A stretch of 64,000 bases of DNA, taken from NCBI GenBank assembly GCA_020184695.1, contig JAANOX010000096.1, positions 62,001 to 126,000 of the forward strand, written 5' to 3'. Positions within the stretch are counted from its first letter, which is position 1. Every line of letters begins with the position of its first letter. Position numbers and translations under genes: made by a program. Positions 21,564 to 31,202 of this stretch are shown in pieces. The stretch comes from Histomonas meleagridis 2922-C6/04-290x (taxonomy: Eukaryota; Protista; Parabasalia). A model generated the notes under the pieces. The model did not search any database and was not told where the DNA came from. It saw only the letters and a program-made list of their open reading frames with translations.

Positions 21564-24500
21564 TTATTTTATTATACTTAACTTTAATATTTTCCATATA
21601 TTATTTTAAATCTTTAAAATGTTATAATAAATATCAAATAAATTAAATAAATATTTTTAGCATTAATATCAATTCCTTCTTGTTCAAGAAGTAATTTAAC
21701 AATTTCTGTATAACCTTTTTCAGATGCAAACATGAGTGCTGTTTTAAATAATTTAAATAATTTCCAAATATTATTTTGAAATAGAAAATTATCAATATAA
21801 ATATTATCTTTAGCATTAATATCTATTCCTTCTTGTTTAAGAAGTAATTTAACTATTTCTGTGCGACCATTTAAAGATGCAATCACAAGTGCTGTTCTAA
21901 ATATTTTATATCATTTTCAAATATTATTTTGGGATATAAAATTATTGAATTAAATTTTAAGTTAAACAATTAAATATCTTTAAGATTAACATCAATTCCT
22001 TCTTTTTCAAGAAGTAATTTAACGATATCTGTTTTACCATTTTGAGATGCAATTATGAGTGCTGCTTTAATTAATTTAAATATTTTCCACATATTATTTT
22101 TAAATATAAAATATTCAAAATAAAATATATCTTTATGATTAACATCAATTCCCTCTTTTCCAAGAAGTAATTTAACAATTTCTGGATAATTATAATCGGA
22201 TGCATAAATAAGTGCTGTATCAAATTCTTTAAATAATTTCCAAATATTATTTTGAAATCCAGAATTATTCAAATAAATTTTAAACAAAACAAATAAATAT
22301 CTTTAGCATTAATATCAATTCCTTTTTGTTTAAGAAGTAATTTAACTATTTCTGTGTGACCTTCTGAAGATGCTAAAATAAGTGCTGTATAAAATATATT
22401 AAATAATTTTCAAATATTATTTTGAAATCCAGAATTATTCAAATAAATTTTAAACAAAACAAATAAATATCTTTAGCATTAAAATCAATTCCTTCTTGTT
22501 TAAGAAGTAATTTAACTATATCAACATTACCTTTTGAAGATGCCCATATAAGTGCTGTTTGAAATCTTTTAAATAATTTTCAAATATTATTTTGAAATAT
22601 CAAATTATTTTTAAAAAATTCATTTTTTGTATTAATATCAATTCCTTCTTGCTCAAGAAGTAATTTAACTATTTCTGTATAACCTCCTTCAGATGCAAAC
22701 ATAAGTAATGTTTGAAGAAATTTAAATAAATTCCAAATATTATTTTGAAATATAAAATTATTAAAATAAATTTTAAATTAAGTAGGTAAATATCTTTTGA
22801 ATTAATATCAATTCCTTCTTTTTCAAGAAGTAATTTAAATATTTCTATATGCTCATTTTCAGATGCTTTAATAAGTGCTGTTCTAAATATTTTTTATAAT
22901 TTCCAACAATTATATTGAAATATTAAATTATTAAAATAATTTATATCTTTAGCATTAATATCAATTCCTTCTTGTTCAAGAAGTAACTTAACAGTTTCTA
23001 TATAACCATTTCCAGATGCTATCATAAGTGCTGTCCATAATATTTTAAATAATTTCCAAATATTATTTTAAATCTTTAAAATGTTATAATAAATATCAAA
23101 TAAAACAAATAAATATCTTTAGCATTAATATCAATTCCTTCATGTTCAAGAAGTAATTTAACTATATCAGTATAACCTTTTTCAGATGCTAAAATAAGTG
23201 CTGTCCAAAATATTTTAAGTTATCTCCAAATATTATATTGAAACATTAAATTATTAAAATAAATCCAAAATAGAACAAATAAATATTTTTAGTATTAATA
23301 TCAATTTTTCCATCTTTTAAAATAAATTCAACAAGTTCTTCATTTCCTTGTTCTAAAGAAAAGAATAAATGTTTTTTTTGAAGTTGATTTCCTTTCAAAA
23401 ATTGTTGGATGAGAAATATATTTCCATTTATAGCTAATTCATATATAATGGAATCATTAATCCTCAATCCTTTTTCTTGTAAGTAAAATAAAATTTGGTA
23501 GTTATGATATTTGACACATTTCCTTCCCAACTTTTCAAATTTTTCAATTTCTATAATTTTATTTTCATAAAGATATTTAAAGATATCATTACGATGGAAT
23601 TCAATTGCTGCTTCATATGCACCTTCAAATGATGAATAATTTTGTTCACATAAATGAATGATTTCTAGATTTCCATTTGCAACTGCATATTTACCTGTGT
23701 TATCTAATTTTGCACCATTCATAAGTAAATATTTAAAACATTTGATTGATCCAAAAAATGCTGCATAATCAATCAATGTAGCATTGTTTTGATTAATAAA
23801 TGAATATCTTTCATAAAGTGATGGTTCAATTTTTTGATTAAAATCAAAATATGGTTGTGATGATATAACTTGAAGTTTTTCTACTTCATCATTTCGAATT
23901 ATTTTTGCTATTTCATTCGGATTATGTCCTTCTTTAATTAATTTCTTATGAAGTTCCCAATTGTTTTCTGAAAGTTCTTCAAAATTATCAAAGAATTCAT
24001 CACCAAATAAACAATTGAAAGTGATACGTCCAGCAATTTTCATAGAAACTTTTTTCTTATATTTTTCAACTTTTCGGATTGAAGTATGATGCGCAAAAAA
24101 TAATGAATTTTCAATTTTTAACAAAAAAGGACTTACTAAATTTTGCTCAAGCATTTTTTCAAGAAGATAACATGATTCTTGGCTATTGAACCATATAAGA
24201 AATCGTATAAATATATCAGTAATTTTAAATACATTTTTATGAATTTTTCCTTCTTCATCTTCTAGTAATTGTATAATATTAAGATAAAATTTAAAGTCCT
24301 CCTTGTTTGAAACAAAACGTGCATAAAGAAAATGACAAATAATTAGATTTGATGAGTACATTAAATTTTTATCAAGTATTGAAATTATTTTATGAATATA
24401 TGATTCAATGTTGTTGGTTGTTGATCCCATAGTTTGATCATTTGCATAAGGTATTTCAAATATAATCTGTTCAAGAGGTAAAATAATTGTATCCATTTTG

Positions 24501-24574
24501 ATAAAATGAGCTGACGGCATATTTGAAAGGAAAACGATTAAAGGGGTCCACCCTGTTTTGAATATGTAAAACAT
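21564..24574 (-). CDS. Locus A: DUF3447-like N-terminus plus ~10-11 ankyrin repeats, interrupted by 39-40 17-nt inserts (reconstructed ~775 aa)
   Basis: ORF 23246..24574 carries LIDYAAFFGSIKCFKYLLMNGA/AIEFHRNDIF, typical of trichomonad DUF3447-ankyrin proteins. Removing the inserts gives an uninterrupted frame of 34-aa ankyrin repeats; stop at 21584 or 21564. Confidence 0.8.
21593..23284 (-). other. Eleven insert/micro-exon blocks in the locus A ankyrin array (170- or 153-nt period)
   Basis: Blocks at 23205-23284, 23035-23114, 22882-22944, 22712-22791, 22559-22621, 22389-22468, 22219-22298, 22066-22128, 21896-21975, 21743-21805, 21593-21652. Retained loop residues: WNGW, DKGW, INGR, KYGQ, EDEQ, KWEY, KWGD, IYGK, KYER, NSGK, DKG. 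Confidence 0.9.
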
Positions 24575-24856
24575 TCAAATGAACAACTTTTACAATTATT
24601 TTACAATTAGATTCTAATTGTAGATTTAACTTTTAGTTTTGTACAAAATGTAAAACAATGTCATAAAACCCACCATAACTTTTTATTCTAGTTACTTTTA
24701 TAATAACACGTTTCCTTACTAATTATCTATTAAATGAGCATGCACAATTAAAAATATTTTAGATAATCGTGATATAATTTAATTTTTTTTAATGGGAAAC
24801 GACCGTTTAGAGAACGGGAACCGTTTATTATTCTGCTGTTTTATATAAAAAGTGGA

Positions 24857-25990
24857 ATGCTGAAACAAAGGAATTATTCTTATTTCAAGAAGAAAATTAA
24901 ATCATCTCTTTGGTTGATTATTTATTTCAGCATGGTTTCATTGATTTTTTCTTTATATAGAACCTCACCATTTCCAAATATTTTCATAGAAAAATCGAAA
25001 TTCTCACGTAAAAAATTTTATAAAGATGTACTCAAGTGTATGAATCAGCCTCCTGATGCTCGTTACATAACAGATGCAAAGTCAAGAAATGAGCAATATC
25101 AGATAATTGAAGAATATATCAAAAACAATTATCCCAATGTCAGTGGTACTTGCTATGCATACTATTGCGGTAAGCAACTCGAAGAACTATGGTATGACGA
25201 ATTTCATAATAAGCCCATTGAAGATTTTGGTATTTTTGTACCCATATTTGTCAAGTACGTCAATCTTTACTTTGGCCTCCCCGATCAATATGGCTCGTTT
25301 GTTAATGGATTGTTCAAAATTTTAAATCCAAATTTTTTATACATCACGGTCAGTAGTTATTCCGATGGAATCGAGACTGTTAATAACCTCAAAGTACCAG
25401 AAAATGTATTTATAGTGTCTGGCGGTGGCTTAGGCCATGTTCCATTTCATATTTTTTTAAAAGAACAACCAGCACTTAATGTTTCCAAAGAGCCGAAGTA
25501 CACCACAGTCTTTATGGGCGACAAAGGACGTCATGATGTCCGTAAAAAGATGATAGACATCTGTAAACAAAAGCTCGGAGAAAAGTTTTACACCGGATTT
25601 AATGATCGGTGGGTCAAAACATATCAAGACACGAAAGTTATATTAACTCCGCGAGGCTATGGACGAAACTCATTTCGTTTTACCGAAGTGTTACAGATGA
25701 GAATGATACCAATTAACATTTATAGCGATATTCCTTGGGTTCCATATTATGATTCGATAAATTGGAGCGAAATCGCTTTCATCATAAAAATAGAACAGCT
25801 GAATCAGACATTGGATAAAATAGAAAAAATGAGTTACGAAGAATTGGAAAAAATGAGAAGAAAAATCTTGTTGCTAAGAGATACACATTTCACAGTAAAA
25901 GGCGCATTAGGTCAATTGGCTAATTTCATGAAATATGGTTTCGAGGGAACTGATTTAAGATGTGGAACTAGAAAATATAAAAGAACATAA
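24857..25990 (+). CDS. Exostosin-family (GT47) glycosyltransferase, type II membrane
   Basis: N-terminal TM; KVILTPRGYGRNSFRFTEVLQMRMIPINIYSDIPWVPYYDSINW matches the exostosin C-terminal motif. Confidence 0.85.
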   Translation: MLKQRNYSYFKKKIKSSLWLIIYFSMVSLIFSLYRTSPFPNIFIEKSKFSRKKFYKDVLKCMNQPPDARYITDAKSRNEQYQIIEEYIKNNYPNVSGTCYAYYCGKQLEELWYDEFHNKPIEDFGIFVPIFVKYVNLYFGLPDQYGSFVNGLFKILNPNFLYITVSSYSDGIETVNNLKVPENVFIVSGGGLGHVPFHIFLKEQPALNVSKEPKYTTVFMGDKGRHDVRKKMIDICKQKLGEKFYTGFNDRWVKTYQDTKVILTPRGYGRNSFRFTEVLQMRMIPINIYSDIPWVPYYDSINWSEIAFIIKIEQLNQTLDKIEKMSYEELEKMRRKILLLRDTHFTVKGALGQLANFMKYGFEGTDLRCGTRKYKRT

Positions 25991-27956
25991 CATTATGTTA
26001 TAAATATAACCAATAATTTTGTTGTTTATATCTTCAAAGTCAAATTAAGTTAATAAATTTTATATTTCAAAAGAATATTTGAAAATTATTTATATCATTT
26101 TGTAAAGGAAATATGTTAGCATCTATATATGGTCATAATGATTGGTTCGGAACGAGCTGTTCGAAAATTTAACCCTTTACCAAATTTGTAATGTTGAGTG
26201 CAAGATTGCAAATCAAGTGACATAAATAACTTTTTCATTCTATGTTTGGCTATTGAATGCGTATACAAATTTTTGAATGAGATGATTTTAAAAAATAAGA
26301 ATTTTTTGGTTGCTTTATTTTTTTCGTTAATGCAAAATTGAATGGTAGAAATTGTGTAATACACAAAACAATGTTTTTTCTGTGGCGACCGTTTGGGGTA
26401 CAATTTTTTCTTTGAAATATCTTTTGAGCAAATTTACCTAATGGGTTAAACAGCATACAACAGAAGTTAAGTGATTTAACACAGAAATTAAATCATCGAC
26501 AACATTACGTTATCAATTTTTTCTTAACGTTAACATTGCTACAAACACCAAGCACAGAAAATTATGATATGGAATAGTTTCTGACCAGAAGTTGCTGGAG
26601 CATTAAAAGGACAATCAAAAATATGTGAAGTAGCTAGTGAATGGATAAAAACGATTACGAGTGATTTCATAAAACGAGGTTAATTATTAACACCATTTTC
26701 ACTACATATATCATTTGGAATAACATCTAATTCAAGAAATTTTGTAAGTGATACAATTGATGCTATTGAATGTATAATTAACAAATTTGCAGAAAATAAT
26801 ACCCTGAAGACCTCGGCCATTTTTGTATAATGTGCTTCAAGGCTACTGATTCTAATCCTACACGTATTTCGTAGTGCAAAAATAGATTTCCGATGACAGA
26901 AATTTGTTGAATCTTCAACTTGGTATATGGTAATACATTAAATTAACTCTAATAAAAAGACAAATTGCCAAATTAAAGGCGAAGGCCATACATAAATGTA
27001 TATCAATGCTGCATAGAAAGTTACTAAATGTTTCGCACTCAACGAAGAGAAGCTTTTACATGAAGACAATAAGAACTTAAGGCGTTAAAATAATAAAACA
27101 GATGAAACGCAAGGTTTTGCTAATATTTATATCGAATTAGATGATCTAAGTGAAAATGTACAATTAATAAGGAAATAACCTCAGAATCTAGAGGAAGGAG
27201 GACTCGAATTCGATAAAAGGGCTATCACAAGGGAAATTGATTATCTATCTGATCAGATAGATTAAACATAAGTTTGTGAAATTAATTTCCCCAAAAATAA
27301 ACAAGTGGAAAATTTGCAATAAAAAATAAAAATAAAAGTTTTTAAACTATAGCTCGCCTTAAGGCTCACAAAAAAATATTTGGGCTTAAAGAAAAGTGAC
27401 ATTTTGGGGTGCCCTAGAGAAGTGATCACTTTTAATGTTATTTTTTGCCAAAATATAAAAATATCTCACGAAACCCTTGTTTTATTTGAACCAAATTATA
27501 AGAATCTCATTAATTTCATCTATAGGTCTTTTATATCTATATATTATCTTGTTCATCAAATTTTGTTACAATATGAACCTTGAAAACATGATTTTGTCCC
27601 CAAATGAAAACTTTATTTCTCTTATTATTTGAGATATTTATATTTTGTCTATAAAAATTTTATTTTTAGAAAAAATTTGATTATTCTATCAGATAAATTT
27701 TTGAAATATTTTTTGATGTGGAGATATAAAGAATATTCAAACTAAAAATTGTGTGTAATCTTTAAACAAATTTAAAAAACCTATGTAAATAAAGCCAAGC
27801 CATTCTGATGGTTATAACATAACATGTGTGCCGCTTTCTGATTGGTGTATTTTTTATCGTTGTTGGCAAAATTTTATTCAATTGGCATAAATTAATTAAT
27901 CGAAAGGTAACACAATTCAAGAATTTAATGAATTTGCAAATAATACTTCAAGTATT

Positions 27957-29249
27957 ATGAAAAAACAATCTCGTTATACACATATGACTGAAAAATACAT
28001 TTGATAGGAATATTTAATGTTTTAATGTAAATTTTGAAATTATTATCTTTAATTTAGGAAAGCACTTGAGCTTGCAGAAGCTTATGGTAACACCAATGTT
28101 ATTAATATACTTCTTGAAGGAACAAATATTAATGGTAAAGATATTACTTTATTTCAATCAAAATTTGATTTAGTTATTTGATAAATATTCAAAATATTTG
28201 GAATTTTTTTAATATATTTGTACCATTACTTATATGGGCATGCATGGAAAATAAAGTCAAAGTGTTTAAAGCTCTTCTTGAACAAAAAAGAATAGATGTT
28301 AATATTAGAAATGTTTTATTATCTATACCAATGTTTGTATAAGTAATTGAATTTTTTATTATTAATCCCAAAGATATTTATTTGTACTATTTAATTTTTA
28401 TTTCAATAATTTTGTATTTTAAAACAATATTTGGAAATTATTTAGAATATTTAATACAGTACTTATGTATGCATCTGGAAATAATAAAATAAATATAGTT
28501 AAATTACTTCTTGAACACGAAGGAATTGATATTAATGCTAAAAATATTTATTTGTTTTATTCGAAATTCATATTAATAATTTTATATTTTAAAATAATAT
28601 TTGGAAATTATGTAAATTATTTAAAACAGCACTTATGTGTGCATCTGAAAAAGGTTATACAGAAACAGTTAAATTACTTCTTAAACAAGAAGGAATTGAT
28701 ATTAATGCTAAAGATATTTATTTGTTTTATTTAAAATTTATTTTAATAATTTTATATTTCAAAATAATATTCGAAAATGATATAAAATATTTAGAACAGC
28801 ACTTATTGAAGCATCTTATAATGGTCATACAGAAACAGTTAAATTACTTCTTGAACAAGAAGGAATTGATATTAATGATAAAGATATTTATTTGTTTTGT
28901 TTAAAATTTATTTGAATAATTCTGGATTTCAAAATAATATTTGGAAATTATTTAAATCATTTAAAACAGCACTTATGGCAGCATCTAGATGTGGTTACAT
29001 AGAAATAGTTAAATTACTTCTTGAACAAGAAGGAATTGATATTAATTTTACATCTATTCATTTGTTTTATTTAAAATTTATTTTAATAATTTGATATTTC
29101 AAAATAATATATGGAAATTATTTATATTATTTGATTCAGCACTCGCCAATTTGTATTGGGAAGACGCCATGAAAATTTTTAAATTGATTGCTGAGCGCGC
29201 AGAAAAAAGGAACACACAAACGGGAATTAAGCGATACAACGAACAGTAA
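27957..29249 (+). pseudogene. Locus B: ankyrin-repeat gene with 29 17-nt inserts; 3' five blocks intact, 5' part disrupted
   Basis: From 28361 insert removal gives INPKD-NCGN-TVL.., NEYGKTAL.., DKYERTAL.., DKWGKTAL.., SKDGDSAL...YNEQ* (TAA 29247-29249). Upstream there is a +1 frameshift near 28255 and a deletion junction at 28353-28360. Confidence 0.65.
27999..29135 (+). other. Eight insert/micro-exon blocks, locus B
   Basis: 27999-28058 (3 inserts), 28143-28222, 28313-28352 (2 inserts), 28376-28455, 28546-28625, 28716-28795, 28886-28965, 29056-29135; the last five are at an exact 170-nt period. Confidence 0.88.
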
Positions 29250-29899
29250 CAGGAATAAACGACACATCAACATTTTTATGTATATATCTTAGCATTTAAT
29301 AAATTACTTCTTTGGAGCAGGTTCTGATGCTGAATCTTCTTCCTTCTTTTTTTTAGATAGGTTTATCAGCTTCGAGTTACGATTCCTTTTGGAAGCTCAT
29401 GGAATTTACTTGGTTTGATGCTGATGTTTGTATGCTCTGATCGTGCCGGGAAGACTTCACTGTGCTTTAATTGCTTCTGGTGTATTCTTCTTCTGCGCGG
29501 AGTACTGCGATTTCATCCATTCATCGCAAAGCCAAGAAGACTTTGGCAACGTGTCTTTGGAAGTGTTGCATTAACTTGTGCTGGCTTGTTAAATGGATGA
29601 ACTTCATAGCTCCAGATGATGCATTAGATATTTGCTTTTATGATTGTGTAACTTTCTTGTTCGCATAGAGTTCATCAAGATATTGGAAGCAGACTCTCTT
29701 CAAATGATAAGATGACCCATTTTACAGGCTGGTGCAAGTTGATAAATTGATAGATCTTGAACACTTTATAATTTCATTTAAGATCTTCATTATTCTCTTT
29801 CTATCCTATCCTAATATTAAATAATCACATATTTCGATGAATTTAATGTTTTACCATAAATAATCGCAATTGTTGCATCTGATCCTTTTTAAATTTTTA

Positions 29900-30424
29900 C
29901 AATATTTCGTTGGGTCAAATTTCTAGATAGTATGTAAATTACATACAATTTTAAAATAAATTTGGCTATATTAATTTTTTTCTATGCAATCATTGTTGGT
30001 TGGTTTCTGTTTTGTTTAATATATATTATTTTTCCCTTGAAGTATGTTCAAATATACATTTCTAGATGCAATAATAAATTCTGGATCAAACATTTAAGAT
30101 AGCTTCCGAATGTTATTTTGTATTTATTTTTGTCTTTATATTCTAAAGTTTTAACTTCGTTTAGAAAATCCAGATATCAAAATCTTTAATTCTTATAACA
30201 AAAGATGAGTACATCATTTCACTAATCATCAAATATAATGTTAATGAGTAATTTTCAAAATCGATTTTGTACTTTATAAAATTTAATGCAAGAGATATAT
30301 TTTCTTTTTTCAAACCGAAAATTATTTGATTAAGTGATATTAAAGTTTCCAATTCACTGTGAATATTTTGATTTGATTTTATTATTTTAGAAGACATGTT
30401 TTGGAAAATACGATCGAACACCAT
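29900..30424 (-). pseudogene. Degenerate fragment resembling the N-terminus of the DUF3447-like family
   Basis: ORF 30161..30424 LETLISLNQIIFGLKKENISLALNFI resembles LKQLEEVIFNLNSKNLNESI of locus C; the frame breaks downstream. Confidence 0.3.
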
Positions 30425-31183
30425 CTCTGTTTGGTTAGAGATAACAATAAAAGTGTAATTTTTGGATAAAATTTATTTGTTTTTGACTTTCCTATGATAA
30501 ACTTAGCAATTCAAATTGGTTAATATAATGATTAAAATTTCATTCGAAATAAAGGAATAAAAATTTATAAAAAGAATCGACAAACATTTTGTCAAGCCTT
30601 TTTCATGATGAATATCTAACAATACTTCATAAAATTTATGACAAATATATTTAATATATTGTGAAGTGCTTCTGACTTGACACTAAAGTTATGTTATCAA
30701 CTAAATAAAAACAATTATTGTTTTTCTCATTAGAACATTTATAGGCAAATAGTGATTTTTTTTTATGTACAGTAGAATATATGCATATTAAATGGAATAC
30801 TATTTTATTAACAAAATATATGGTTGTAGATTTTTAAATTCATTTTAATTAAGATTACAATCATTTCATATATAAATGTCATTATTACTTTCTAAGTTAA
30901 GCTTATATCCAAAAAGATATTTACGCACAGTTTACTTTTTTAGCCTTAACATATAAATAACATTTTATTGTTTAATAAAAAAAGAAAATACCTTTGGTTG
31001 TCTCTGTGATTAATTTCATTGAAATTATTAATTGATTTTATGAATATCATAAAATTATCCAATGAATTATTTGTAAAGTGTGGTTTAAAATGAATGAAAA
31101 GAGATCTCTTTCGGAGATAAAAACTGTACAATTTCAAGCAGTTTGAAATTTTTTGGGTATTCATTTTTTCTTTGATTATTCGG

Positions 31184-31195
31184 TCATTTCACTTT
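31184..31195 (+). promoter_or_regulatory. Tandem Inr-like elements (TCATTTCACTTT) upstream of the CYFIP ATG
   Basis: Matches the trichomonad initiator TCA(T/C)T(T/A), 8-19 nt before ATG 31203. Confidence 0.6.
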
Positions 31196-31202
31196 GAGGG
31201 CG

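Noticed and set aside
21564-23284. CRISPR-like repeat-spacer array
   Set aside because: Eukaryotic context; the ~90-nt repeats encode ankyrin helices, the spacers are homologous to each other, and there are no cas genes.
21564-23284. Sequencing or assembly error as the cause of the broken ankyrin ORFs
   Set aside because: Errors would not give ~92 inserts of near-constant length with position-specific consensus at four loci on both strands, while neighbouring genes are intact.
21614-29094. Short ORF-track entries 21614..21886, 21970..22287, 28465..28734, 28635..28904, 28897..29094 as separate genes
   Set aside because: They are fragments of loci A and B reading into inserts.
28546-29135. 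One conventional GT-AG intron per ankyrin repeat
   Set aside because: The only common GT (in ttgtt) and AG (in acAGca) give out-of-frame products, are missing in several repeats, and would discard the conserved loop Gly. The 4x(17+3) parse explains all blocks.
29250-29760. GC-richer stretch with short ORFs (29415..29600, 29471..29668)
   Set aside because: All frames have stops and no recognisable product; possibly a relic, but unsupported.
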